Shown here: piece by piece, positions 27,201 to 41,800 of the stretch | Layout: each line of letters starts with the position of its first letter | Position numbering within the stretch: the first letter of the stretch is position 1 | Assembly (NCBI GenBank): GCA_051362555.1 | Contig: CM120642.1 | Span: 24,676,001-24,740,000, forward strand | DNA from: Lingula anatina | Lineage: Eukaryota > Animalia > Brachiopoda | Reading direction: 5' to 3' | Length of the DNA stretch: 64,000 nucleotides | Position numbers and translations under genes: made by a program | Notes under the pieces: generated by a model | What the model saw: only the letters and a program-made list of their open reading frames with translations | Database searches by the model: none | What the model was told of the DNA's origin: nothing

Positions 27201-30200
27201 TGAAACCGGTGAAAGAGTAAACTTACATGTACCTCCCCCAAAATATTGGAATTTATCCTCCTTTTTTTGCTAAGCTTCTCTCAAAATTGTTTTATAAAGA
27301 AGTAAAATTAGTTGAGATGTTTTTCAGGTATAAATAAGACCATGTACATGCAATAATGTTATGGCAATATTTTCTGAGATGGTTTAAGCCAATTTAAGCA
27401 AAAAAAAAGTTGTTTTGGTTAGCATGATGAACTGTGCGTAGACATCAAGCATGTATAATGGGTCCAAGCAACAAATAATTATTAAGTGGTTTAAATCTAA
27501 AGGTTATGCTTAGTACCAAAATGCTTAATTCAACATAGTGCCAATGAAATACATAGAGCTAAAACCGAAACATTATTGTTACACTTAAAAAAAAAAAAGT
27601 TAATAGACACTTTTTAAGAAATATAAAAAGAACTGGGTTTTACAAACCAAAGTTGTGATACATCTGTGATATCGATGCTCAACTTTACAGATATCATGTG
27701 TTCCTCTAATTTTTGACATTGATCTATAACTTCCTTTTGTTCTCCAGCGTTATTTTAGGGAAATCTAATACTGGGCTCACATTGTCAATGTGTATTGAAG
27801 TGATGACACTGCTGTAATTCCTCCTTGTGAGGACATCAGTTGGTTAATGATGTTTCACCTGATGGATGAGGTGATTGCCCTTTATATAAGGAGCAGTAAT
27901 GAATTCACAGCCTGGGTTCCAAAGTTGATGTGCTGGCAATCTTGGTGTTCATCCGCTTGTCTTGTCTACAATTCTGCTATGTTTGATAAAATTTAATGGC
28001 ACCATTTTAAAATGGAATTATTCTTTAGGCCCCCTTTACACCGAATGTTGTCCGTTCTCCGTCCTGTAGTGTGGCCACATTTGAGAGTAAAAAAAAAAAA
28101 AAAAAAAAAAAATTGGCCAACAACTGGATGATCAATTCCAGAGTGACGGAATCTGGTGCAAAATCACCATTCACATGATCTAGGTCCACAGGTGGTGGAC
28201 TGAAACATCGTTATTTAGTCTTAAAATAAAGAACAATACTGTTTTATCATCCTATCCAGAAACCATGAAAAACCTCTTTCAAAGTTTATGGCACCAAACC
28301 ACATCACAAAACCCTTCTATGGGCCTAAGAAATCCAGATAGCAAAATGCAGATTTGTGATCAGTATAGTTATAAATTATAGTATAGTTATAGAGTTAGAT
28401 TCTGATAATTGCATAAAACATGCACATGCATACTCTCAATTTGAAATGGTGAAGCTGGAGTGTTTTTGACTGGAAGCTCAGGGTGAGGATTCATGGAAGG
28501 TGAAAAATAAATACTTCAGTTGGATGACGGATGGTTGTCATGAGCTGCTATGAAGTTGTTAGGCTAGCTGCACATATATTGTAGTATCTTATTTTTCAGT
28601 CCTAGACGTGCAATAAGCAAAGACGATAAATCATAACCTCCTTCCCCCTTTGAAACCCACTTTTGCCTTCTCTAGGATGGTCCAGTCATATATATATATA
28701 TATATATCATGCCAGATTTAGTGTTCAAGTTGCTCACAGAAGTGCTCTTAGATGATATGATTAAATATTAGTCACGTTGATCAATTAAGATATTTCCAGG
28801 GTTTGACAAATTCAAACATTTTTTGTTGTGTTTGGCGAGTATTTACATAATGAAAAGTTCTCTGGTAAGATGATATTTATGAAATATTTTATGGTTTCAC
28901 CATTTGATCTGAATGTTATAACTGTTATAATGTACCACCATATAAATAAAGAAATGAGGATTAAATTTTTTGAAATAAACATGAAATAAAATATTTTAAT
29001 ACAATTTTCTAAAAACTGGTTATAGAAAACAGAAAAAACAAAGTCATGTTCCAAAAAAATTTTTTTAATTAAAGTGCTATGTAACAAGATGCACTGCAGG
29101 CAAGCAGACATCAAGTGAGGACAAGCAGTGGTTTTCTTGGGTTTTGACATGGCATGGACTGAAATATCCAGTTGATTTATAGGACCTTTAATTAAGCACA
29201 TAAAAAAGTAAGTGAATGGACACTTTATGAAGTTTTCGGATCATAGTGTTTCCATCTTTGTTAAAAATCACAGACATTAGATGTATGATTTTTATCCACA
29301 TAATGCATCTACAACAGGATATTTTTGATGTGTAAATTAACTCTCCTGAAAGATTGATTTAAATTATTAGTTTTTTCCTAGCTCAAGTGAAGGGGTAATT
29401 TAAGTTTTGATGATCCTATTTTTCTCAAATGATGCCAAAATGTATGTATCAGCAACAGGATATTTTTATGTAACATGTATAGAAGATTAATTGATTTTAA
29501 TTTTTTTCTAGCTCAGGTGTAGGGGTAATTTTGTTTTCAGTGATCAGCTTTGCTCACATGCCCAAATGCATGTGTGTATCTACATCAGGAGTTTTTTTTT
29601 TATGTAACACTCCTAGAAGATTGCTTTTAATTTTTTTCTGGCTCGGGTGAAGGGGTAATCTTGTTTTCAATGATTTGGAGTGCAAAAAGCCTTCCTGTAT
29701 TAGGGTAATTGTCAGTTCAGATGGATGAGATGTATATGCATTACATTTTATGTGATTTATAGTAATAAACTGATCAAAAGACATGTTGGAGAATCTGAAG
29801 GTCTGTTCAAACTTTGACTATACACTAGACAGGCATCTGGAATGATAATATCATATTAGTTTGGGTCACCAGAGAGGTAGATTTACAGGAGAGAGGGATA
29901 TCAGTAGGGAATCAGGGCAACTACTGACACAAGTTTGCCCATAATCCCATCTGAAATTATCATGGTCTGAACGCTCCTGTCTACTGAGACAAGTTTGCCT
30001 GTAATCCCATCTGAAATTATCATGGTCTGAACGCACCTTTCTACATTGCTTTAGTTTATAAGTAAGTGTACTTTACCACTAAACTTGGTGTGTATTTTTT
30101 CTTCATAATACTTTTTTTCTCATAGAGTAATCTTACAGGTTGTTTTTACTGACAAATATCTGAGCATCAATGAGACTATTATTAATAATGAATAAAGGGT

Positions 30201-33200
30201 AATTTAATAAATAATCCAATCCATTAATGGCCACAAGAGGTGAATATTGTAGAGCTATTTTCCATTAGAAAATTATAATTTTACATGGTGAAATGTACGC
30301 ACAGCATAATGGGTGTGAATATTCATCTTTCATTTGTGCTAATGGATAAAGTTAGTAACATGATTAGGAAAAGCCCAGGGTAGTCATGAGTTCATCAAAG
30401 GAATATATCAGATTATCGTACTAAATTATCGAATGTAATGTGCATCCCTGCTGAACATGATGAAAGTTCTCAAGTACATAATGTATTAAATCCATACTAA
30501 AACAACACATTTTAATTAAGTTTTCCATGCATGCCTCTCTTTGTCTGTGTAATGTTTTTTGTGATGGCCGTTTTCCAGAGTCAAAAGTCTGACATAAATT
30601 TCAGAACGTCATTTTGTCACGAAAGTCAGAAAATGTTCTGGGGCAGAATCTTTTCAGAATCTTTTTCTTTCTGAAAGCTGGGCAGTATTAGTGTTTCAGA
30701 CATGGGTGTCATTAATTATACCAGAACTGCCACTGCAGGGAACTCTGCTCCACTCAGATATTGAGTTGGACCATTCTAATAAATCACGCCCGTACATCAA
30801 TAAATCCATCTCACCTTCGTCTACCCACTGTAGGTTGTAAGTCTTAGCTTGAACATGTAGATGCTAACTTTTATTTTAATTTTATGTCACCTATTTTAGC
30901 ATTCTGTGATGCTTGGACTACAGAGAAAATGAATTCATCCATATGTGACATTCACCACTCACACTGGTTCAGGGCAACTGACCAGTAGAAGTGACACCAG
31001 ATTAATAAAAAGTTTTTTAGTTTTTGTTTTTAAATTTAAATTTACTCTAAATTGAGCAAATAGATGGGCATTTTAGCATTTTGTTTTTATTTTATTTTTC
31101 CTTCATCTATAGATTTTATCTTCAGACTAATCGACATCGATTCAACCTATTAGTATCCTGTGCCCTACTAGGCTGACAAGTTAAAATGGGCAAATCAACG
31201 GACTATATGGCAGATATGTAGTGATTATTCATCATGGGCATCCTACTTTTGCAGTCAATCTAGTGGGTAGAGTGAAATGCAGCACATTCATGTTTCAAAC
31301 TGCTGTAGGCCTGTTAAAAAGAAAGTAGTTGTACTTACTAGTTCACTTGTTTTATTTTTACAAACTTGATTTACATTAAATATATGCTATAAAATTTACA
31401 GCCATATATAGGTGTGTATATTAATAATTGTAATGTGGTTCTAAGTTGTTTTTGTTTTTTTATGGCATTATAGTTACTAGTGTTGATAAGGTCGAATTAT
31501 ATTCGTTGTGTGTGTGTGTGTGTGTGTTTTTGTGTGTGTGTGTCAGGGGACCTCATCATCATGGTGGACAATGGGTTCCCAGAATTCTACATTTGAACTG
31601 TGTTAACTATAAAGATTTGTGTCATATTTGGTCAAATCAAGTTGTATTACTCAAAAAAAGAAGAAAATTAGAGGCAGAAATCCATCCTTCTGAGAATCTG
31701 ATCAATAGAGTGCATGTTCTCTGTATCAATGTCTTACAAGTATCCTGTCTCCCATTGGGAATGTGTAGGCAGAATTGCCTGTAATGTGGGGATACCAAGT
31801 GTGCAAGGCTTTAGTATTATGGAAGAAGTTACATTTTATTTCACTGGTCCTAAGACAGGTGCAGATCTTGAAATATTTTCTGACAGTCTTCCAAATTATC
31901 TTTTTTTATCCATCCTCCATTTTTGACCGTCTTCCGACAGAAAAAAGTAAGATACCCGGCAAAATTTAAAATCTGACCATCTTTCGGAAGACCCAGAAGC
32001 TGGCCTCAATCCGCCCCTGTAAGATGAGGGTTTAAAGCGATAATCTACCAGAAACACATCTGAATGTGTACACCATTCACAGCAACCCAGCTGCCAACTC
32101 CCAAACCATGTTAAATCCAATCACAGTGATGGCAGATCAATGTATAAGAAATTGTAATCACTCATGAATTTCGAGCAGCCAGCTGTAATGGGAATGATTG
32201 CCTCTAAAAGGCTGTTCACACCATTTTTCCATTTGGCTACCCCAAAGCTAGGATTCTAATTGCTATTACCATTCTGTCCTGCTGCACTTATGAATAAGCT
32301 GTACACATATGTATGGCATATTCTTATGCTTTGCTACTTCAAAAGATTTTTGGCAAATTAGATTGCATGACCATATTCTTAATTCAGAGGAGGATGTCAT
32401 AAAATCACCATTGTTATGACTGTGGAATGTAATGGATCATTTGTATTTTGATGCAGTGCATGTAAGATCATCACGGTAAGTTGTACAATTTCTTAGGTAT
32501 TTTTTTTCTAAGACTATTTTTCCACTTGAGTGGTTTTGTGGAACTGTCATCACTGTCACGTGCATACATCTTTACATTCCTTAATTTACTTCACAAAAAG
32601 TTGAGGGTGTAGATTTGCAGGTAATAAATATTCCAATTCAAGTTAATCTGTATCAGTAGACTTGAGGGAGGGAAAAAAAAAGAAGGGAAAAGAGCATGAA
32701 GCAGCATGTGACATCTTCGTAGATAATCTATCAGTCTATCTATAGGATATTATGGGATATGTGCAGCACCATAAGGTTAGGTATTTCAAATTGCTTTCTG
32801 ATAACCCATTTACTTCAATGTATGCCCAAGTGCGCTGCAGGATCAATAGAAATTGTTACAGAAATCACTTTTCCATTTGACATTTGGATGACATGTGTCT
32901 CATTTATTTTTTCTCGTTATCCCTGTTGTGTTTTACAGATTTCAGTTAACCATACTGATCATTCGTTTAAAAATAAACATGAAATGTTGGCTATAAATCG
33001 ATTCCGTAAGATGCCAAGTATTCTAATATTTCACCAGTAAGAAATTTATTATGGTGCATGTTTTGAAAAGTTAATAGGCCAGCTGAAACCGAGCTTACTT
33101 TTTATCAATAAAAAATAAAGAAGATAAAAATAAATAGCTGAATAAATAAATGAGGGGATAAATAAGTAAATAAAACAATGTTCCTATAAGATCACATTTT

Positions 33201-35798
33201 AATTTGCCATACCATATTAGATGCAGGGAAGCAGATGTTGTAGTCCAAATATTGCAGTAGGGCATTACATTGTATGTTCTCTAGCTTGATGTGTTTAGTG
33301 CATTTAGTTAAGGTATGTTGAAAGGATTTGATAATTTTGTTTTAATAGTAAAAACTGTATTTGAGCAGTCAAGTATGTTGGTATTTTAATTTTGAATTTT
33401 ATAACACATGGCTCAGTTTTGCAGCAAACTTTCAACCAGATTTCTGGAATTTCAACGTAACTGGTTCACTGGTACAGTAACATATGCTGTATATTGCACA
33501 AGTGCAGCAAGTCAATTCTCTTATTGAGTCCCAGATATGAAGACAATCCTTAGCACTTAGAATATATTGTTTTACCATGTACTAACTCACCAGTTGTTAC
33601 CCCTGAAGCCATCTGAGGATATATATTTTTCAAGGTGTTTATATGATTTTCTAGTTGTCGTAAATATTTATGCCATCCCACTTCTCGTAAACTGTTTGTA
33701 TTCTCTGTGGTGTTTGTTAACAGCAATGTTTTATGATAGATTTTCTAATGTTACAGAATATGATGAAGTAGTGTCTGGGTTAAACTATTTTTAATGGAAG
33801 CCTGCTGCTACCTCAGGTGCCATTACCCTTAGGTTGCCAATCACTCACAATGTCAGTTCTCAGACCTTGTTGAGTTAATTGCTATTCCCACATACCATTA
33901 CTCTGAAATGAGTTATTAGAATATTATAGCTTTTCAGATCCTGGCGTTACCTAGAACTTCTGGTTCAATAAGGGAGAAACTAGATAAATGGAATGCTTTT
34001 GTTTTTGTTTTTGTCTTTTTCAGATCCTGGTGTTACCTAGAATTTCTGGTTCAAAAAGGGAGAAACTAGATAAATGGAATGCTTTTGTTTTTGTTTTTGT
34101 CCTTTTTTGCGTGTCAGCTGTCTGTAGTATTGATCAGTTGTTTTTTGTTTTGTAAATAAGCTCATTTATATCTGACATTCTCTTGAATCATGAATGCACA
34201 ACAACATGCCTGACAACAACAGTAGATTGTCTTTTCTTATGCACCCTGATGAGTAATGGTAATTTTGGTCAAGATTTATCGAACTCACAGTAATTGAATC
34301 TGATCTCGGTGATATTAACAATACTGCAATGATCCTTGAAATCATGCCGTCCTTTCTGTGATTCAAGCTGTTGATAATCGATAAATGGGGTAGCTTGACC
34401 ATTTATCAATGATCCTCACTGATTTTCAGTGATGCATGTTTGTGCAGTTCAACCAGATATAGAAGGAGATGAAACTATAAAAGGGAGATGCTGTAGTATC
34501 TGGGCACTAATAAATGATGGCAATTTCCCACACAGCCATTTTATTTAATTGTTCTTTATTGTGGCAACCATTGGTGCACTACATGTAGTACATACTTATA
34601 ACCTACTGCAGTGTTTTCTCTGATGTCCTTTCATTGACATTGCTTCCTGTTGTTCCCTTGGGAAACAGGGCTTTTTTTTTTTTTGTAGATAAATAAAAGT
34701 TGGTGTTCATCGAAGGAGAACTGCTGATTGTATTGTTTAGTCAATATTAGGAAAAAAACACTGATTTACTAACTGAAAATTAAACCTAAATACCATATAG
34801 GGAATTTAAACAAATGAACCCTAAGTAATGAATTGGATTTTATTAAAATAAAAGTAAGGAATACTAGTGACATCTAATTTTAGCTGTAAAGGAAGTCACC
34901 TTAGTGCATTAAGCACTTAGAGATATTGCGTCTTGGCAAAGATGGCTCTGAATTGATTGTTTATTGATAACACGGTTGTTGCGCCAGGTGCAAAGACACG
35001 TACACTGTATGGATATGTGTGCCTCTTTGGTAGGACTCATTAGGACAAAATCAATGTGTCTGAAGGTCACAGTAATACAGTATGATTGTAATTGTAGATT
35101 TAAGTCTTTTGTTAAGCATCTTAAGTAATTAATTTATTAAATGCGGGTGGTAAGTTTTCATTTCAGCACATTAATGTGATCACCCTCCTCCTTAAACAGA
35201 AGTGACTTCCAATAATTTTCTGACATATTCCATTACTGGTACAGTTATTAAGCACATAATCTCCTGGAATATCAAAGTCAGTTACATATTTTACAGTATT
35301 TTTGTTTAATTGAAGGAACTCAATCAAGCTAAAATCAGCAGCAGACATGCTACAGTGTGTAATCCTTATTAATCAAAGTGATATATCGATTGATCTCTTC
35401 TAAAATATTCCTTCATTATTTATGGACTCCATGTACGGAAAGTGCTACTATTTCCTTTTCGAATTGTTTCATCTTCCAAGTAAGAGCATTTTAGTGCAAC
35501 GTTATCTTAGAATAGCTACTAAGGCAGCAGTTTACTGTGCCCAAATGAAATCAATGAAATTACATGCACTAGTAGGACACTATGCTGAATGCTTACTCTG
35601 GAAACAAACAGATATTATGATGAAGACATAAGTCATGCTTCCAGTCCAGTTAATTCCACCTAACTTAGTGCAACTCCTCTCAGCAGGCTACTGTCATAAT
35701 GATTGTAAGCAACCAGTCCTATGGAAAACCACTTATAATGATAGTACATAGGATGAGATAGAAATTAACTTAGCAGGCCAGTAATCGCAGGTTTATTT

Positions 35799-35842
<44 letters not shown>

Positions 35843-38800
35843 TTTGGGGGGGGGGGGTGACCACCCTTTCTGGGGAAAGAGGTCTACTCTAAATCAAAAT
35901 TGATCTTGTAGGTTCTCTGTCATTAATATTATGGTAGAAAGGTCCACTTTTTCAGAAAAAGATTACTTTCAATTACTGGCTACAGACCTGTAGATATATA
36001 TGCTCATATGCAATTTAGCACAATTCTAAATGAGTGGCCTGCTAAGATGAGATGGTACATATCATGTACCAAGAAAAGTGGACCCAACTTTACTGTAAAC
36101 ATGACTTGCACACTATTTGATGTAATAGAACTTTGTTTTACTCTGCTTTAGTTCTTAGTCTAAAGCCAGTGCATTAAGGAATTTCAGCATTTTTGACTAA
36201 ATTGGTTTAACCCATCACAAGGTCTCTCTTGGTAATAAAGTAGGGTATCTTTGGGACCCATTAAAACCTGTCTGCCATAATGCAGTTTTAACAGATTACT
36301 CTTCCCAAAGGCAGATATTAACTCTTGTCGTTACGGCACTATAGCTAAAAGGTGTCATTAGTGTAATTTGCATCTAGTGCCCTGGTAACTTCATAGCATT
36401 GCAGTTCTTCGTACTTTTTCTATCCTATTTGGATGACATTTATTTATTAGGGTATGTGTTGAATAAGCAACATTGAATATTGTGTGATGTGTTGAATTTG
36501 CAAAAAAAAGTTCCCAAGGTCACGGTGACATTAATATTGTACATGGGATTAATTTTTTTTTGGACTATCTTTTCTTTATAAACCTGTGCTTTGAACCAAA
36601 AGGTAATATCATTTCCCACCAGAGTCTGTATAGTTAGGAAAAGCAATTCTTGGAAAGCAATCTCATTGATACTCCCTATATCAGCTCACATATGCTCCAC
36701 TTAATGGGCATTATTGTCAAAGGATACATCCGCTAATCTAGGGAGCAGTAGCAATGATAACGCTGTAACATAATACTTTTTTTTTTTTCATATCAGCATT
36801 GACTAAATGTCAACAGAATTACTTGCTGAGGCACTATTCTCACAGCAGGAACAAATAACTGTACTTTAGAAAAGAATGGTGAGGACACGGATGTTTGTTT
36901 ATATGTTTGTGATGGTTATAGTTTGTCCCTAGTGTATGGTTATCTTTACTACTGTAGTCCAAACAGTAAACAGCAGTACTAACCCCATTAAGTATCAAAT
37001 TCTGGTGCCAGGAATTTTTCTTGAAAGGTTTACTTCCTATTTTATCAAGAAAGAGGTGAATTTAAAAAATGCCTTTGTTCAGCTGAACATCATAATAAGG
37101 GGCTCATATTTCCTTAGCAAAATAATCAAAAAACAGACACTGGCTGCAGATTGTGGTTCACATCCAAATCATCAACCATGTCAAATTTCATGATAATATC
37201 TGATTTATTTAGAGAGTTACAACAAAAACCGAATTAAAAGGCAGCAAAATTGGAGAATAAAGCTTGGCTGCCTGGTATCCATTTAATCTGCGGGGGTGGA
37301 AAATGAAGCAACAGAAAATGGACTTTTTTCTTTAAAAGTGTTTGTTTTTATTGCAATAATACATGTATTAAGATAAGTATTTGAAATTTTCTTATAAACG
37401 AAATGAGAGGGAGCTATTTTGCTTAATAATAATATTTATAATAAAAATTATTAATATTATTATAATACCAATACCTCCTAGGGGGTTCACGTGAAGGAGA
37501 TAGATGTTAAATTTCAAAATCATTTTTGAATGTTAGTCATCTTGTATGGACTTTCTTTCTGTCATGTTATTGGGATCAATCCCAAAAATTGATTTATTTT
37601 CATAAAAAAATAGACCAGTGTACAACTAAGTACTAGTACAGATTCTTTTGTTTTGTTGTATAAGACAGTATATTTGACAGCGGGCAGATATAAATATCTG
37701 TCCATATATAGACTCTTAGAGTGCATTCCCAGAGATTTTGATTGTTCCATCCGGAATCGACCTAACTCTCTGGGGGTTCACGCTAAATTGCAGTCAGCCG
37801 AGCGCCCACGGTAGTTAATTACCCCCTTACAGCTGTTAGTAGGCGTGACAGATGCTTAAGCCAGGTAAGCTCACAATAATCTAGTGAGACTCCCCACAGG
37901 GATAGATTGATCTAAAATCTGTGGGAATGGGGTCTTATTCTTAGATAGTATTGTAGGATTCACCAGACAGTTCTTTTCACAGTTAATTGGTTATCAAATA
38001 TCTTTCTTGGCTAACGGGCTTTCTTGTTTCCCTCTGGGAATTTCTGTTGTTTGCAACAGCGTCAAATTTGGCTGACAGGATTGTCTGACATTTGAATTTA
38101 AAACCATAATAGCTTATATAAAAATCTTTATGTAGGCTTTAGGATTGGATACAGTCTGTTTCATTTCACGTATTAACCTCATCAAATAGTTATTGGAATG
38201 CTATTTCCAAATCTTTTTTCATGTCGTGTGTACCAAAACAATACTTCAAAAAGACCACCATTACCATCTGCTTCAAGAAGTTTTGCCTGTCATAGGACAT
38301 AACAATGTACTAATCCTTGAAGTTTTATGATAATTGTTGAAATTAACCTTTTGTATGATGCATAAATCTAGCAATATTTAAAAAGATTATTCTCAGTATC
38401 TAGCATCTAGAACATGTAACAGGATATATTTGATATTGCAATTATAAAACCACTATCAGCATTCAAATGTTTCCAAGCCTTCTCTCTTTGTCTCACATCT
38501 TTTGACTGTTAATTTAACTTCAATATCCTATATCTCATTTTGTGAAAAATATATCATGGGTCTTTTATGCCCAAAGGCACAAAACAGCCAAACCGTCTTG
38601 CTGTGACTTTAATTGTTTTCCCAGAATTTTAGTCACAAGAGATTATTTTTATGGAAAACAGTGCATGGTCATTGTAAGTGATGCTGAATAATATCTGGAC
38701 ACCACAGAGTTTATGGGACAAAAAAAGGTTTAATGTAAAGGGTGGGTTCTCTCTTAACTCCCCCCCCCCCCCCAATTCCCCACCCATAAGTCTAATGCTA

Positions 38801-41800
38801 ATTTTTTTATTATTTAATTAAGGACCTTATCTTTTCTTTCAGTTTTAACAGTGGGCCAATTTCTTTGACATAAATTGATAAGTTGTGATAAGACTTTTGT
38901 TTTATGTATTTCAGATTTCAAGATGTAAAACAGGAGAATGATCTTCAGATAAGCAACAGTCACATGAAGTGAGAAGCAGAGGCTATATTACAGAATATAA
39001 CTAAAACAAAAAGAAAGAAGTTACAGGATGAACTTGGAAATCTAACTGCAATGTGAAAGTTGACCACATGCTGAACTTTTGATTCCTGTGAGATCCTGAT
39101 GTGAATCCTGGAATGACCAAAGAGATAAGGATGTGATCCAAGAAAGTTTCCACCACTTCGATTGAAGCACGAAAAAAGAATCTAGCATTTTCCTTCAAAT
39201 CAGGATGATTTACCATTGCTGCGCCTCACAATTCCAACAAATGGAGTCATTTCTTGAATGCCACTGACTTCTTTTAATGTCACTTGTCTTAGATTACATT
39301 GTGGTTCATTTTCTTAGTCATTCAATAGCTGTAGTTTATAAATACCTTGTGTAACCCACATTCTGAGTGTCAGCTAAGGCCGATGTGACAGAATTCAGGT
39401 TCAATTATCCAGATTAGAATGAGGAAAGACACTGATTACGAAATACATCTATCCAAACTAATATCTCGAGGATCTGCGTGTTGTCTGTGTCATAAGAAGA
39501 AGACTAATGAGATTGAACCAAGGAAAATTGCTGTGATTGCCTGCTGAAATGAACCCTTGCGGTAAGAATCAGCTGCCTGTGATGATTCCAGGAACTCATT
39601 ATATACGTGCAATCATTGTTGTGATGTTAACTTGGGAGTTCACATTATTTTCATTATAGATGTACTGTTGTAGTAGCAGGGACCAAATGGATGCATAGAA
39701 ATGTGCAAATTGACAAAAAAGTTCTGGATTTCATTGGTGTCAAAACAAGTGTTCAAGAAAGCCATTGCCAACGTGTTTGGGTAACAGAGTGATGTCAATT
39801 CATCAACGATACAGGAAGATTGTGCGTGGAGAAAAATTTGACCAAAGTTTATAATTTTGAGTGTGTGGATTTAGCTACCAGATTCTTGATGTCTTGTTGG
39901 ATGAGATTACTTTCATCTTCAACATGGGCAGTTATTAGTGAAGTTTTCTTCACTCACACAGATTAAATTTTTAGACAGACTGGTGACATTTTTGAAAATG
40001 TCATTTGATTTCCGACAAGTATTAGATAAAAGGTCACAGAGATAAATTTTTGGTGACTTTTTCGATAAAAAAAAAAAAAAAAAAATTCAGTTTTGCAGGG
40101 GAGTATTCATAAAGTTGACCCCTGTGTAAATGCAGGAACAAAATCAGTGGACAGAAGTGTAGCTGACATTTTGAAAACCTTTTCAAGCATTGCAGGGTGT
40201 CAGTTTTTGTTTTGTGGGCATGACATGATGAATTTTAATGAAAGTTCCAAACCTTGGACAGCTCATGTTCCATTGTGTGCAAACTGCCTAGAAATGACAG
40301 AGGAGCATTGTTTCAAAGTATCTTCATAGCCTGTCACTGTAGTCTTCCTGCGGTTCTGTTTGATGGCAAAATCATTCTGAAGACAAATGAGAAGTGGGAT
40401 TTACAGGATTTGGTTTTCATTTTTAGAATGTTTCAGTGCTGGAGGCAGTCACAATATCTCTCTATCATTACCACTGTGGTCTAAGGTTCATGAGACTGCT
40501 CTGTGAGACTTTTGGCCTTTATGCTGGAAGCCACACCAGGGATGGGAGTTTGATTCCCTCAATCTCCACAATACTTTTGTGAAACAAGTCTGCCATCAGT
40601 CCTGCAGGGAACATTATTACCAGAGAATGGCATCTAACTAGATTGAGTGCACTTTTGTTTGACAGATCATAACTTTTAGTGATTTGATGCAGCATATTTG
40701 CAAGGACTAAAGATATTCATTGTGTTTCAGTTCATGCTGTGTATCTGATGACTTATAGAGATGCAGGTGATGTTTTTTTAATGCCCTCTGTAAATATGGA
40801 GTCAGAGAGATAACAGTGGGCAGCATAAAAGTGGTATATATATATATTGATGCTTTATTAAGACGATCCAAGATGTGTGTATTTTGAAGTCACTGTTTAC
40901 ATCTTTTTGGCAAAGGAAACATTTCTCAGTGCACAGTAAATACAAGTGGGTGGCCCGTACAAAGCAAGGACTCAGAAGGACTTTAAGTGCTCAGAGGTGT
41001 GAGAATGGAAGTTGCATTCCAATACGATAGCTTTTTCATTCTTCTCATAATGTTCCTCATTTGGTTTTTCAACATTCTGATGTTGGTGATAGCGTGGAAA
41101 ACGTGCGCCTTAAAAAGCATCAATCGATACTTCTTGACATCAATGACTGTGGCAGATTTATTAATTGGTATTTTCATCGTACCGTTTTCATTTTGGACTT
41201 CGTTGTTCAGTGAATGGGTATTCAACGATAAGTTCTGTCATGTGGAGGCCTATCTGAATGCAATATTATGGATAGTTTCATTATATTCTTACATGTGTTT
41301 GTGTATTGACCATTTTGTTGGGATCAGAAAACCACAGAGGCATGAAGCGGAGCTCTCACCACTGCGATGTTTTTGTTGGGTAACATTGATATGGATATCT
41401 GCATTGTGTTTTTGCTGTCCCCTCATGTTTGGGGAAAATCGTGGACGGTATGAAGACAACACCCACCTTTGTGTCATAGATTGGAGCTCGCAACGGGCAT
41501 ACTTCATTACATCAGGGGTGGTTATAACAGTGCCTGCGTTAGTCGTAATAACATTCACTAATTTGTACATATTCACAGATGATTATAAGAACAGGAAGGA
41601 AGTTTACGAGAAATTTTTCACTTGGAATCGAGGAGGGCGCCCAGAAAATTACTTTGCAGCATTTGTGATTGGACTGGTGTATCTGTTCTCATGGCTGCCA
41701 TGGTGCATCGTGGAGCTTTTTGACCATTTTAAAATTTTGGGGTACGATAAGTACCCGCAACAAATGGACTTTTTCCTTTTGTGGCTTGTTGTATCAAATT

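Noticed and set aside
29300-34108. Tandem repeats as CRISPR-like arrays
   Set aside because: They are 2-3 contiguous copies without unique spacers, there are no cas genes, and the context is a eukaryotic intron.
14345-38000. Numerous 60-135 aa ORFs in DPP7 intron 2
   Set aside because: Low-complexity, AT-driven composition, many non-ATG starts, and no recognisable domains or exon chains.
13038-41004. In-frame DPP7 exon 1/2 to GPCR fusion supplying a signal peptide and ectodomain
   Set aside because: An in-frame TAA lies at 40984-40986. The AGs between it and the ATG lack a polypyrimidine tract, and the only CAG acceptor is phase 2, whereas DPP7 exon 1 and exon 2 end in phases 1 and 0.
40987-41004. 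ORF-track start of the GPCR at 40987
   Set aside because: This is a GTG codon; in a eukaryote the ATG at 41005 (AGAATGG, good Kozak context) is the likely start.
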